A DNA stretch of 64,000 nt from positions 72,113 to 136,112 of the IMG/VR virus record IMGVR_UViG_3300032116_000032; one strand, written 5' to 3'. Each line of letters opens with the position of its first letter. Within the stretch, counting starts at the first letter, position 1. The notes below the pieces were generated by a model. That model did no database searches. It had not been told where the DNA came from and worked only from the letters and a program-made list of their open reading frames with translations. The position numbers were made by a program, and so were the translations under genes. This stretch comes from a virus. This document shows, one piece after another, positions 27,700 through 36,273 of this stretch.

Positions 27700-28500
27700 A
27701 TGAAAGACAAAAACACAGGGGCACCTATCAATCAGGATGAGATTTATCACTACCTTAAAGATATTAGAAAAATTAAGGTAATGACTGCAGAACGCGAACG
27801 TCATTTAGCCACACGAATGAAGTCGAATGATCTTACCTTGATTGAAAAACAACAAATTGAGGAAGAACTTTTAACAGGAAACCTACGTTTTGTAATAACA
27901 GTTGCAAAACAATATCAAAATCAAGGTTTAGATTTGTCAGATCTTATTGCAGAAGGTAATTTTGGTTTGATGAAAGCAATCAAGAACTTTGATTGGAATA
28001 AAGACTTACGTTTTATATCTTATGCTGTTTGGTGGGTTAAACAATCCATAATCCAATCTTTGAACGATAATTCGAGAACGATCCGTCTACCGGTAAACGT
28101 TGTCCAAGACTTACAAAAGGCTAAAAAGGAATTAGAGCAAACAGGAAAAAAACTTGACGACAAGTTCCAAACTTTACCATCTATCATAGATTTGGATATG
28201 AATATCAATGAAGACGGTGATACTTTGATTGATATGATTGAGAATAAAGACGCTGTAGCACCTGACGCTAGTTTTCACACAAAAGACATATTAAAAGATA
28301 AGTTAATGAGACTTTTAGATGTTTTGGATGAAAGAGAAAAAGTCATTGTAGGTGATTACTTTGGTTTAACAGGAACACCAAGAACATTGGAAGATATTGG
28401 ATCTGACTTTGGTTTAACAAAAGAACGTGTTCGTCAAATTAAAGAAAAAGCTCTTCGTAGACTTAGAAATGATTCTTCCGAATTATTTGATTATTTATAG
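27700..28500 (+). CDS. RNA polymerase sigma-70 factor, Bacteroidota primary-sigma-like (no region 1.1)
   Basis: NLRFVITVAKQYQNQGLDLSDLIAEGNFGLMKA..NFD...FISYAVWWVKQSI (region 2); TLEDIGSDFGLTKERVRQIKEKALRRLR (region 4). Confidence 0.93.
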   Translation: MKDKNTGAPINQDEIYHYLKDIRKIKVMTAERERHLATRMKSNDLTLIEKQQIEEELLTGNLRFVITVAKQYQNQGLDLSDLIAEGNFGLMKAIKNFDWNKDLRFISYAVWWVKQSIIQSLNDNSRTIRLPVNVVQDLQKAKKELEQTGKKLDDKFQTLPSIIDLDMNINEDGDTLIDMIENKDAVAPDASFHTKDILKDKLMRLLDVLDEREKVIVGDYFGLTGTPRTLEDIGSDFGLTKERVRQIKEKALRRLRNDSSELFDYL

Positions 28501-28600
28501 AATGGGTTGAACCGAGATTACCCATACAACTCGGCAGAAGGTGCCTGAAGTCACCAGGGTGAAACTCCCCAATTCTATCTATACGGTAGAATGAAATTAC
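28501..28600 (+). ncRNA. candidate structured RNA (pseudoknot + hairpins), family unknown
   Basis: About 50% GC over 28501-28625 in an AT-rich genome; ATGGGT/ACCCAT crosses CCGAG/CTCGG; further hairpins GGTG/CACC, GGG-TGAAACT-CCC and ATTCTAT/GTAGAAT. Confidence 0.45.
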
Positions 28601-28603
28601 ACT

Positions 28604-28629
28604 CCCCCACTGGTACCGGTGGGGGTTTT
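28604..28629 (+). terminator. intrinsic terminator
   Basis: CCCCCACTG-GTAC-CGGTGGGGG followed by TTTT. Confidence 0.75.
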
Positions 28630-28673
28630 ATTGTTTTATAGGGTTTATAATTATCAATCATTTGATTATTTTG

Positions 28674-28681
28674 ATATTTAT
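28674..28681 (+). promoter_or_regulatory. ATATTTAT upstream motif (putative late promoter)
   Basis: Exact motif 17 nt before the 28699 start. Confidence 0.5.
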
Positions 28682-28698
28682 CAAATAAAACAAATTAA

Positions 28699-29922
28699 AT
28701 GAATAAAAAATTTTTACCCTGGTTTTTATTGTTTTGTGCTTTAGGATTGTCAGGGACTGCCGCTTATTATAGTGTTATAGGTTTATCAATAATTTTCTCA
28801 GCTGTTGCAATTCCTGTTATTATAATGGGATCGTTTTTAGAAATATCTAAACTTGCAATTGCAACCTATCTACACGACAAATGGAAAGAAACTTACGGAG
28901 TTTTGAAGATCTATCTTACAATGGCCCTTGTAGTTCTTTCAATTCTAACTTCTGTTGGTATCTACGGGTTACTTTCAACAGGATTCCAAAAAAATATTGC
29001 GGGTCTTGAAATTAACAATAAAGTAATTGAAAATATTGAAGTTAAAAAAACTCGATTCGAAGAAATCAAAACTGACTATCAAAAAGAGAAAAGTGTTTTG
29101 GACAAAGATATCACCAATTTAAGAAACGCCCTCTCAACTAACACAACTACCCAATCAATAGATAGAACGACGGGACAGGTCATTACAAGAGCAAATGGAG
29201 GTAATAGAAAGGCTTTTGAGACTCAGTTAAAAGTTGCTCAAGAGAATAGAGATGGAATATCAAAGAAAATTGAATCCCTTAATGATAGTATTACTAGATT
29301 AGATTTAGAAATATTAGATCTTGCTTCCACAGAAATTGAATCAGGTGAGTTAGGTGCAATCAAGTATTTAAGTGAGATTACAGGTTGGGATGTTAAAAAA
29401 ACTGCTAACTTTTTTATTCTAACTCTGATATTTGTGTTTGATCCTTTAGCAATTGCTTTAGTTATTTCTACAAACCAAGCATTTAAAATTTATAGAAGAA
29501 AAGATGAGGAAGAAGATAAAGTTGAAGATGAGTATCCTTTTTATGATGAGGTAGAAATACCTGAAAGTTATTTTGCAAATCATACCCCCCAAGTCACCCC
29601 CCAAGTCACCCCCCAAGTCGAACCTGAAATTGTTGAAAGAATTGTTGAAGTTCCTGTTGAAATTATTAAGGAAGTTGAAAAAATTGTTGAGGTTCCTGTG
29701 GAAGTTGTAAGAGAGGTTCCTGTTGATAGATTGGTTGAGGTTGTAAGAGAAGTTCCTGTTGAAGTGGTAAAAGAAATTGAGGTTCCTGTCGAGGTCCCCT
29801 TCAAATATTACGTAAACGATAATGGTCAAATATTTGATGATCAGGGAAATGAAGTTGAAGAAAGATTGTTTAATAAAAAGTTAGAAGAGATTGAGAAGAG
29901 GGTTTTAAAATATCAAAAATAA
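28699..29922 (+). CDS. multi-pass membrane protein with coiled coil and EVPVE repeats
   Basis: Three N-terminal TM segments, long coiled coil, a fourth TM, then TPQVx3 and repeated VEVPVEIIKEVEKIVEVPVE. Confidence 0.7.
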   Translation: MNKKFLPWFLLFCALGLSGTAAYYSVIGLSIIFSAVAIPVIIMGSFLEISKLAIATYLHDKWKETYGVLKIYLTMALVVLSILTSVGIYGLLSTGFQKNIAGLEINNKVIENIEVKKTRFEEIKTDYQKEKSVLDKDITNLRNALSTNTTTQSIDRTTGQVITRANGGNRKAFETQLKVAQENRDGISKKIESLNDSITRLDLEILDLASTEIESGELGAIKYLSEITGWDVKKTANFFILTLIFVFDPLAIALVISTNQAFKIYRRKDEEEDKVEDEYPFYDEVEIPESYFANHTPQVTPQVTPQVEPEIVERIVEVPVEIIKEVEKIVEVPVEVVREVPVDRLVEVVREVPVEVVKEIEVPVEVPFKYYVNDNGQIFDDQGNEVEERLFNKKLEEIEKRVLKYQK

Positions 29923-29925
29923 TAT

Positions 29926-30519
29926 ATGGAAATAATTGAAAATTTAATCCAAACAAACTTTAAAAAAGAAGACAAAAAAAATCAAATAGTTCTTTGTCAC
30001 ACATCAAGAACACTTTTTGATTATATGGTCTCAATAAAATTTAGATTTGGTGGAAAACCTATCAGATTACCTCATTACATTATTAGTAGAGACGGTAGGA
30101 TTTTGCAGTTATTAGATGAAGAATTAAATGGTTATTTTACTAATAATGATCGAATAAATTCCAAATCAATTGTGGTTTGTTTGGAAAACTTAGGATGGTT
30201 AGAAAAAGAACCTTTAAAACACCATCACATTAATTGGATTGGTAATATTTATAAAGAGAAAGTTTTTGATCGTAAGTGGAGAGATTATTTTTTTTGGCAC
30301 CCATACACCGACATACAAGTTGAAAAAACTGCAGAGTTGTGTTTAGAGTTGACAAAAAAACATAAAATTGAAAAAAACTTTATTGGACACAACACAAAGG
30401 TAAAAGGTGTTGAGTCTTTTATGGGTATCATTACGAGATCAAACTTTGATGAATTTGCAACGGATCTAAGTCCGGCATTTGATTTTGAAAAATTTAATAA
30501 ATTGTTGAATGATGAGTAA
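29926..30519 (+). CDS. N-acetylmuramoyl-L-alanine amidase (Amidase_2-like), atypical
   Basis: IVLCHTS, HYIISRDGRILQ, SIVVCLEN, FIGHN and DLSPAFDF follow the Amidase_2 motif order. Confidence 0.65.
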   Translation: MEIIENLIQTNFKKEDKKNQIVLCHTSRTLFDYMVSIKFRFGGKPIRLPHYIISRDGRILQLLDEELNGYFTNNDRINSKSIVVCLENLGWLEKEPLKHHHINWIGNIYKEKVFDRKWRDYFFWHPYTDIQVEKTAELCLELTKKHKIEKNFIGHNTKVKGVESFMGIITRSNFDEFATDLSPAFDFEKFNKLLNDE

Positions 30520-31102
30520 CTACGATGAAATAAAAAATTTGATTAGAGCATCAAGAAATGCCTTTAATACAAATTTAAATGAAGATGCCCAACGTATTAA
30601 AAAACAGTATGGGTTATTAACAGAACAACCTGTTGAGAAGGAAGAAGAAGTTGTTAAAGATGAAAACCAATCTTTCCAAAAAGAAAAAAAGGATTCTGAT
30701 GAAATCGGAACTCAAAGAGATAAACAAAAGGCTTTTAGAATATTGGCCAATATTATCGTTCTTCATGGAAAAACTAAGGCCGATCTACAATTGACTACAG
30801 ATGAAAAAAACGCATTTACCTCAAGTGTTGATGAGTTTAGAACTGATGTTGCCGAATTAGTTGAATTTGGCAGACTTAATGTTTTCCCAAGTAACGTTGA
30901 ATGGTCGGGTAAAATTTTAGAAAATGATATTGAATTTTTCTATACAATAAACGAACCAAATGGTATCTACATTAATGGTCAAATGATAAAAATAGATCAA
31001 GATTATTTGGAAACAATTAATAAGTTACAAGCTTATTATGAGAAATTTAAAAATAAATGGAGTAAAATTGTCGCAACAAGACAAGAAGATGTTGAAAAAT
31101 GA
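30509..31102 (+). CDS. hypothetical protein
   Basis: 197-aa ORF with LNE/LTE motifs near the N-terminus. Confidence 0.6.
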   Translation: MMSNYDEIKNLIRASRNAFNTNLNEDAQRIKKQYGLLTEQPVEKEEEVVKDENQSFQKEKKDSDEIGTQRDKQKAFRILANIIVLHGKTKADLQLTTDEKNAFTSSVDEFRTDVAELVEFGRLNVFPSNVEWSGKILENDIEFFYTINEPNGIYINGQMIKIDQDYLETINKLQAYYEKFKNKWSKIVATRQEDVEK

Positions 31103-31452
31103 AAGAGTTCTTAATTAAAAATTGGAAAAATATTGTTCTTGGTTTATTGGGGGTGATTTTTGTTTATTTGTTGGTTCGAGTTTTTACACCAACTCCTGAT
31201 ATGTCAGAACTTAACAAATATAAGTTAGAACAAATAGACAAACACATCAACGAGATGAAAAACCTCCAAAAAAGTTTGAGTGACTCAATACAATCTTACC
31301 AACACAAAATTGATGAGATTGACGATAAAATTTCACATATAAAAATTGAGAAAAAAGAGGTAAATAATTTTTACACTCAAAAAAGAGAAGAGATAAAAAA
31401 CGCAGACAAGAAACAAATTGATAGTCTGTTAAGAAGTAGATATAATTTTTAA
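31099..31452 (+). CDS. N-terminal TM + coiled-coil protein (i-spanin/Rz-like candidate)
   Basis: IVLGLLGVIFVYLLVRVF anchor followed by a heptad region; downstream of the amidase. Confidence 0.5.
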   Translation: MKEFLIKNWKNIVLGLLGVIFVYLLVRVFTPTPDMSELNKYKLEQIDKHINEMKNLQKSLSDSIQSYQHKIDEIDDKISHIKIEKKEVNNFYTQKREEIKNADKKQIDSLLRSRYNF

Positions 31453-31453
31453 C

Positions 31454-31870
31454 ATGAAAAAACTAATATTTTTAATTTCATTTGTGTTTGTTAGTTTCAT
31501 ATCCGAAGCACAAGTAAAAAAACCTGTCGACACAACCCAAATGTGTATTCCTTACGATGTAGCACAAAAAATGTTATTAGAACTTAATGATTACGACAGA
31601 TTGAAAGAATTATCAAAACTAGATAAAAAAGAAATCACCGAACTTAATAATAAAATAAATCTTTTAGAAAAAACAAATAATACTTGGCAAGTTAAAGATT
31701 CTTTAAGTGGTCAGATAATTTTACAAACAGAAGAAAAGGTAAAAATTTATAAAGAAGAAAATGAGAATTTAAACAAAGAATTGAAGAGACTTAAAACAAA
31801 AAATACACTATTTAATATTATATCAGGAGCTATTATTGCTCCATTAACATATATCGCAGTTTTTAAATAA
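31454..31870 (+). CDS. signal-peptide coiled-coil protein with C-terminal TM (spanin partner candidate)
   Basis: MKKLIFLISFVFVSFISEAQ signal, coiled coil and C-terminal hydrophobic IISGAIIAPLTYIAVF. Confidence 0.5.
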   Translation: MKKLIFLISFVFVSFISEAQVKKPVDTTQMCIPYDVAQKMLLELNDYDRLKELSKLDKKEITELNNKINLLEKTNNTWQVKDSLSGQIILQTEEKVKIYKEENENLNKELKRLKTKNTLFNIISGAIIAPLTYIAVFK

Positions 31871-32115
31871 TGGCCCTTACATCCTCAGATAAAAAAGAAA
31901 TTGAAGTAATGATTAGAAAAGAGATCAAAGATTTCTTCAATTCTAACACTGCTAAACAATTTGAGGATAAGTTGATTGATAAAATCTCCAAAGAAATGCA
32001 AAAAGGAGGTCTTAAAAAAGACGTTAAAGAAATCGTCATAAAATCATTCCAAGAATACTTTCAGACCATGTATCAGCAAAGATATTATTGGGAGTCAAAA
32101 TTTAGAAGTGTGTGA
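31870..32115 (+). CDS. hypothetical protein
   Basis: 81-aa coupled ORF. Confidence 0.6.
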   Translation: MALTSSDKKEIEVMIRKEIKDFFNSNTAKQFEDKLIDKISKEMQKGGLKKDVKEIVIKSFQEYFQTMYQQRYYWESKFRSV

Positions 32116-32885
32116 TGGAAGATATTTTTAACAAAATAAAGGAAAAGGTTAGTTATGGATTGGCAGATAATGCTGATGCAAAATATGATACATTGAAAGC
32201 ATTAAACAAAGCTTCATCAGAATTATCTGAAGAAAAACATTTTACCGATTTTTTGAAAGATAAAGAAGACTTGATGAAAGTTTATTTGTTGGTTAAAAAC
32301 AAAAAATTGTCAAACAATCAAATAAAGAAAAAAATAAAAGAATATTTGAAAGATCCTGAGGAAATAACAAAATTCCTTGAATCGGTTTTAAATTCCAACA
32401 AGTCAAAAAAGAAAGAAGAATCTAAAGAGGCGATGGGAGCGGCATCCGCTGGTGGATACTCAATGCCATTATTCTCAACGACTAAAGGTGATATAGTTAA
32501 AGGTGTTAAGACTGTCAGAGAACAAGCCGAATATGACTTAAGTATTGAGGATGGTGATGGAGAAGTAACGAAAGCCGAAACAAAAGAAGCAACAAGTGTA
32601 TCATCAAGTGGACAATATAATCAACCCTCAATTTGGGCAAAATCCATGAAGAAAAAAGATTTCAGAGGATATTCTAAGTCACAAATTCCTGGAGGAAAGT
32701 TTGTCCAAGTTAAGAAAAAATGTAAAAAATTCCCTTATTGTAATCAGGGGGATATAAAGGCATTGAAAATATTCGAAAACGAATCAGTGCAGAACGCAAT
32801 AGACAGTGTCTCGAGTAGCTACGGGATTGATAAAAACTATATTTCAGAAATTGTCTTTCAGGAAATCAGACAAAGACAAAAGTAA
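32112..32885 (+). CDS. hypothetical protein
   Basis: 257-aa ORF with a CKKFPYCNQG motif. Confidence 0.6.
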   Translation: MMEDIFNKIKEKVSYGLADNADAKYDTLKALNKASSELSEEKHFTDFLKDKEDLMKVYLLVKNKKLSNNQIKKKIKEYLKDPEEITKFLESVLNSNKSKKKEESKEAMGAASAGGYSMPLFSTTKGDIVKGVKTVREQAEYDLSIEDGDGEVTKAETKEATSVSSSGQYNQPSIWAKSMKKKDFRGYSKSQIPGGKFVQVKKKCKKFPYCNQGDIKALKIFENESVQNAIDSVSSSYGIDKNYISEIVFQEIRQRQK

Positions 32886-32887
32886 AG

Positions 32888-32895
32888 ATATTTAT
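32888..32895 (+). promoter_or_regulatory. ATATTTAT upstream motif (putative late promoter)
   Basis: Exact motif 14 nt before the 32910 start. Confidence 0.5.
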
Positions 32896-32909
32896 AAAGA
32901 AAAATAATT

Positions 32910-34469
32910 ATGAACACAAGACAATATATTAACTCAAGATTTGAAAAAATTATATCAGAAAACATTAATGAGAAAGCAGATGCTATCTTACAAAGATTGA
33001 ATTATGATGAGGAGGCACCATTCAATCCTGCTGGTAAATCATTTGACTATGTACAAGAAGGTATGAAAGAAACTTGTGAACAATGTGGGTCTGAAATGAA
33101 TGAAGGTGAATGTTCAGAATGTGGTTACCAAAATGAAGAGATTATGGAACTTGGCGGCATGGATGACGGACACCCGAAATATGGAAAGATGAATTTTTCA
33201 AAACTTTCAAGAAAAGAAATTGAAAAAATTATGAAAGATATGGACAATATGGAAGATGACGATGAAGAAGAATTCGTAGATTATGATGATATAGATTATG
33301 GTGATATGGATGATGATGAAGAAGAATATTATCCTGAACTGAGAATACCTCATGACATGCCATCATACAAAACTAAATATAGACATAGTGATGATGAAGA
33401 CGATGAATGGGAAGAAGTAGATTTAGACACAGAAACTGATTGGGATCAATTAGAAGAAGATGAATGTACTGAGTGTGGTGATATGTATGAAATTGAACTT
33501 GATGAAAAATTATATGGAAACCAAACAAAACTTGACAAAAACAAAAACGGTAGAATAGATAGAGAGGATTTCAAAATGTTAAGAAAACAACAAGATGAGG
33601 AAGAAACTCTTTACGAAGTTGAATTTGAAAAAGATGAGTTTAAAGAAGAAAGTAAACCTGACTTTTTAGATTTAGACAAAGATGGTAATAAAAAAGAATC
33701 TATGAAGTCTGCAGCTAAAAGTAAAAAAATGAAAGGAAAGGTTACTGAGTCTTTAATTTTTACTGAAAATGAGTTGATTTCACTTATTGAAAAAACAGTA
33801 AATGAAGAAAAAAAATTCAAAATGAGCGAGCCTAAAGGTTATCAAGAGTACGAAAAAGCACACAGAAAAGATAAGAAAGAAAATGAAGATTATTTAAAGA
33901 TGGTTGCTAAAAAAATGACTGATTACTTGAAAGGTATGTCTGACAAAGAGTCTAAATACGAAATGAAAGAAACACAAAAATTCCCAACTGAAAATGGTGG
34001 TAAAAGAAAAAAATATACTCCATCTGAAGCTGTTGATGAATACATTGATGCATTCTCTTATCCTGGACAAACTAATTTAGTTTATGATGAGATCAAACCT
34101 AATGATGAAAGAATTGAAAAATATCTGAAAGGTGACAGTACTACAGGAAATGCACAAGTTGATAAAGACGGAAAGGCTTTAGGTAATGTTGTACCAAGTG
34201 AAGTTGGTGAGAAATTCTTCAAAAACTATAAAGATAATCTTTATGGTCAAGAACAACAACAGGCTTCTTATAAGAGACAAACCCAACCTGTTGATCAGGC
34301 TGGTGAGGTAACTGAAAGAGGTTCTTTAAAATCTAAGAAAGGTAAAAAAACCGCACAAAGTGTTTTGAATAAAGTTGAGGAATCTGTTAATCAAAAAGAA
34401 AAACAAAAATTAACAGAAGAATTCCAAAGAATTCAAAATCTAATGGGCTATAACCAAAAGACTCAATAA
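32910..34469 (+). CDS. acidic/charged protein with CxxC pairs and EF-hand-like loops (putative internal head protein)
   Basis: CEQC/CSEC/CTEC; DKNKNGRIDREDF is a canonical EF-hand loop; DLDKDGN; many [LIV]xE sites. Confidence 0.6.
   Translation: MNTRQYINSRFEKIISENINEKADAILQRLNYDEEAPFNPAGKSFDYVQEGMKETCEQCGSEMNEGECSECGYQNEEIMELGGMDDGHPKYGKMNFSKLSRKEIEKIMKDMDNMEDDDEEEFVDYDDIDYGDMDDDEEEYYPELRIPHDMPSYKTKYRHSDDEDDEWEEVDLDTETDWDQLEEDECTECGDMYEIELDEKLYGNQTKLDKNKNGRIDREDFKMLRKQQDEEETLYEVEFEKDEFKEESKPDFLDLDKDGNKKESMKSAAKSKKMKGKVTESLIFTENELISLIEKTVNEEKKFKMSEPKGYQEYEKAHRKDKKENEDYLKMVAKKMTDYLKGMSDKESKYEMKETQKFPTENGGKRKKYTPSEAVDEYIDAFSYPGQTNLVYDEIKPNDERIEKYLKGDSTTGNAQVDKDGKALGNVVPSEVGEKFFKNYKDNLYGQEQQQASYKRQTQPVDQAGEVTERGSLKSKKGKKTAQSVLNKVEESVNQKEKQKLTEEFQRIQNLMGYNQKTQ
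33257..33397 (+). repeat. 141-bp direct repeat, copy 1
   Basis: Identical to 44131-44283 except for a 12-bp insertion in copy 2. Confidence 0.92.
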
Positions 34470-34516
34470 TTTACATTACTTAGTCTTATCCTATAATTTT
34501 TTCATAGTTTTTTACT

Positions 34517-34984
34517 ATGGATAATTTTCTAAATTACATTACAAAAAATCTTGACCCTGAAGAGGTGGACATCTGGTTCAGGGTCAATAATATAATTCCT
34601 GAAAAAATGGAATTGTATTATGACCTGTCTTATAGTCTATTCTTGTTAATCAAAAATACATATCTTGGAGATGAATCTGATAATGGTGAAACCACAGTAA
34701 AGATGAATGACACCGACAACAAAAAACACTTCAACTGGTGTTGGAAAAAAATCATAGATAACTTTGAAAGAGAAAGTATTTCATTTGACATGGAAGGAGA
34801 TCACTACGAGTATTTTTTTACACTATTCAATGAGATATATTACAGACAAAGCAAAGAAGCAATTAGAAATTCAATAGATGTATTTTTCAATGATCTTTTC
34901 AATAGAGAAAAGGCATTCACACAAGTCGATCTTGATTTAATCTTTAATATATACAAAACACTAGATAAAAATCTTAAGGTTTAA
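34517..34984 (+). CDS. hypothetical protein
   Basis: 155-aa ORF. Confidence 0.6.
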   Translation: MDNFLNYITKNLDPEEVDIWFRVNNIIPEKMELYYDLSYSLFLLIKNTYLGDESDNGETTVKMNDTDNKKHFNWCWKKIIDNFERESISFDMEGDHYEYFFTLFNEIYYRQSKEAIRNSIDVFFNDLFNREKAFTQVDLDLIFNIYKTLDKNLKV

Positions 34985-35047
34985 ACTTTACAATAGTTTA
35001 TTTAGAACCTAATTTATGTGTAATAAACAATAATTTTTTAATTTCAA

Positions 35048-35218
35048 ATGGAAACTTTAGAAAAAATTAAAGAGCTTACTGAGCAACTAAGTGTTGACGT
35101 TAACAAATTCTTTAGCGGAAACAAAAGTGCTGGTACAAGAGCTAGAAAAACCTCACAAGATTTAAAGGCACTTTTACAACAATTAAGAGGTGAAATTTTA
35201 GAGGAGAAAAAAAAGTAA
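35048..35218 (+). CDS. histone H1-like protein Hc1 family (not in ORF track)
   Basis: METLEKIKELTEQLSVDVNKFFSGNKSAGTRARKTSQDLKALLQQLRGEILEEKKK carries the GNK.AGTRARK hallmark. Confidence 0.8.
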   Translation: METLEKIKELTEQLSVDVNKFFSGNKSAGTRARKTSQDLKALLQQLRGEILEEKKK

Positions 35219-35219
35219 T

Positions 35220-35414
35220 ATGAGGGAATTGGATATTTTGTGTCTTTTTATTTTTGTATTATCAATAATATTTGTTACTAATCAAATATTTAAGATTTCT
35301 GCTGAAATATTAAGTGAAAATCCTCAGAAGATAATTTATCGAGGATTTGAAAAAATATCCAATTACTTCTTTGTATCCTACTTAATAACTTATATTTTAA
35401 TCAAATTTTTTTAA
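35220..35414 (+). CDS. small membrane protein
   Basis: Two hydrophobic segments in 64 aa. Confidence 0.55.
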   Translation: MRELDILCLFIFVLSIIFVTNQIFKISAEILSENPQKIIYRGFEKISNYFFVSYLITYILIKFF

Positions 35415-35418
35415 AAAA

Positions 35419-35847
35419 ATGTATAACGAATTAAAAGACATATTTCAATTTTTAGTGTCAGTTAGAAAATTGAAAACATACTTGACAATAGATATTGAAT
35501 TTCCTGCTAATTGGAAAATACCTAAAAAATATGTGATAGAAGATAAGATTGTTGAGAACGAAAAATTAAATGATAATTTTAGATTTTTTTCATTTGTTAC
35601 TGAATTTAACGAAGTAGAAATGAACCAAACAGTTTCTAATATAAAGAAAATAATTTCTTACAATAAAGAAATCGAAATGAAAGAGAAATTGTTGAAACAA
35701 AAAATAGACGAATTAAAACGAATTTTTGAAAAAGAAAACTTAGACAATTTACAGTCATTAAAATTTGATATTTTAGAAGAAAAATTAGATGATGGAGAAG
35801 AAATCGTTGACACGAGAGGAACAAATGGTGGATTGGTTGAACAGTGA
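35419..35847 (+). CDS. hypothetical protein
   Basis: 142-aa ORF with C-terminal coiled coil. Confidence 0.6.
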   Translation: MYNELKDIFQFLVSVRKLKTYLTIDIEFPANWKIPKKYVIEDKIVENEKLNDNFRFFSFVTEFNEVEMNQTVSNIKKIISYNKEIEMKEKLLKQKIDELKRIFEKENLDNLQSLKFDILEEKLDDGEEIVDTRGTNGGLVEQ

Positions 35848-35992
35848 AATTGAAAAAGATAAAATCGAATTAGATAAAGAAAAAAAAGATCTAATAAATT
35901 CATTAAAATCAATAAAAAAAGAAGAAGTTTTACCAAAACAAGAAAAACTTAGTTTATGGAAGAAAATAAAGAAAGTGTTATTGGGGTCTTAG
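35789..35992 (+). CDS. hypothetical protein
   Basis: 67-aa Lys/Glu-rich ORF overlapping both neighbours. Confidence 0.5.
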   Translation: MMEKKSLTREEQMVDWLNSEIEKDKIELDKEKKDLINSLKSIKKEEVLPKQEKLSLWKKIKKVLLGS

Positions 35993-36273
35993 AAAAACTG
36001 GCATTAGTCACTGATGGATTGCAAAATATTTTTCCTGATGGTAAAGTCATTTGTGTTTATGAATTAAATGACGAGGACTTCAAACAAGTACAAGAAAATT
36101 TTCGAAAAATAGATCACTCACACAAAAGATTTTCTATTGATATTTCAGGAATTGAACACGTATTTATTCACGAAAATTTTGAAAGATCTGAAATTAAAGA
36201 AGAAGTCAAAATAGAAGAACCAAAAAAACAAAGTTGGATTAGAAAAGTACTATCTAGTTTTAAAAGTAGTTGA
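35956..36273 (+). CDS. hypothetical protein
   Basis: 105-aa ORF. Confidence 0.55.
   Translation: MEENKESVIGVLEKLALVTDGLQNIFPDGKVICVYELNDEDFKQVQENFRKIDHSHKRFSIDISGIEHVFIHENFERSEIKEEVKIEEPKKQSWIRKVLSSFKSS

Noticed and set aside
28545-28570. Hammerhead-like core CTGAAG...GAAA
   Set aside because: A9 is missing (CUGAAGU), stem II is not formable with a proper closing pair, and there is no convincing stem I/III.
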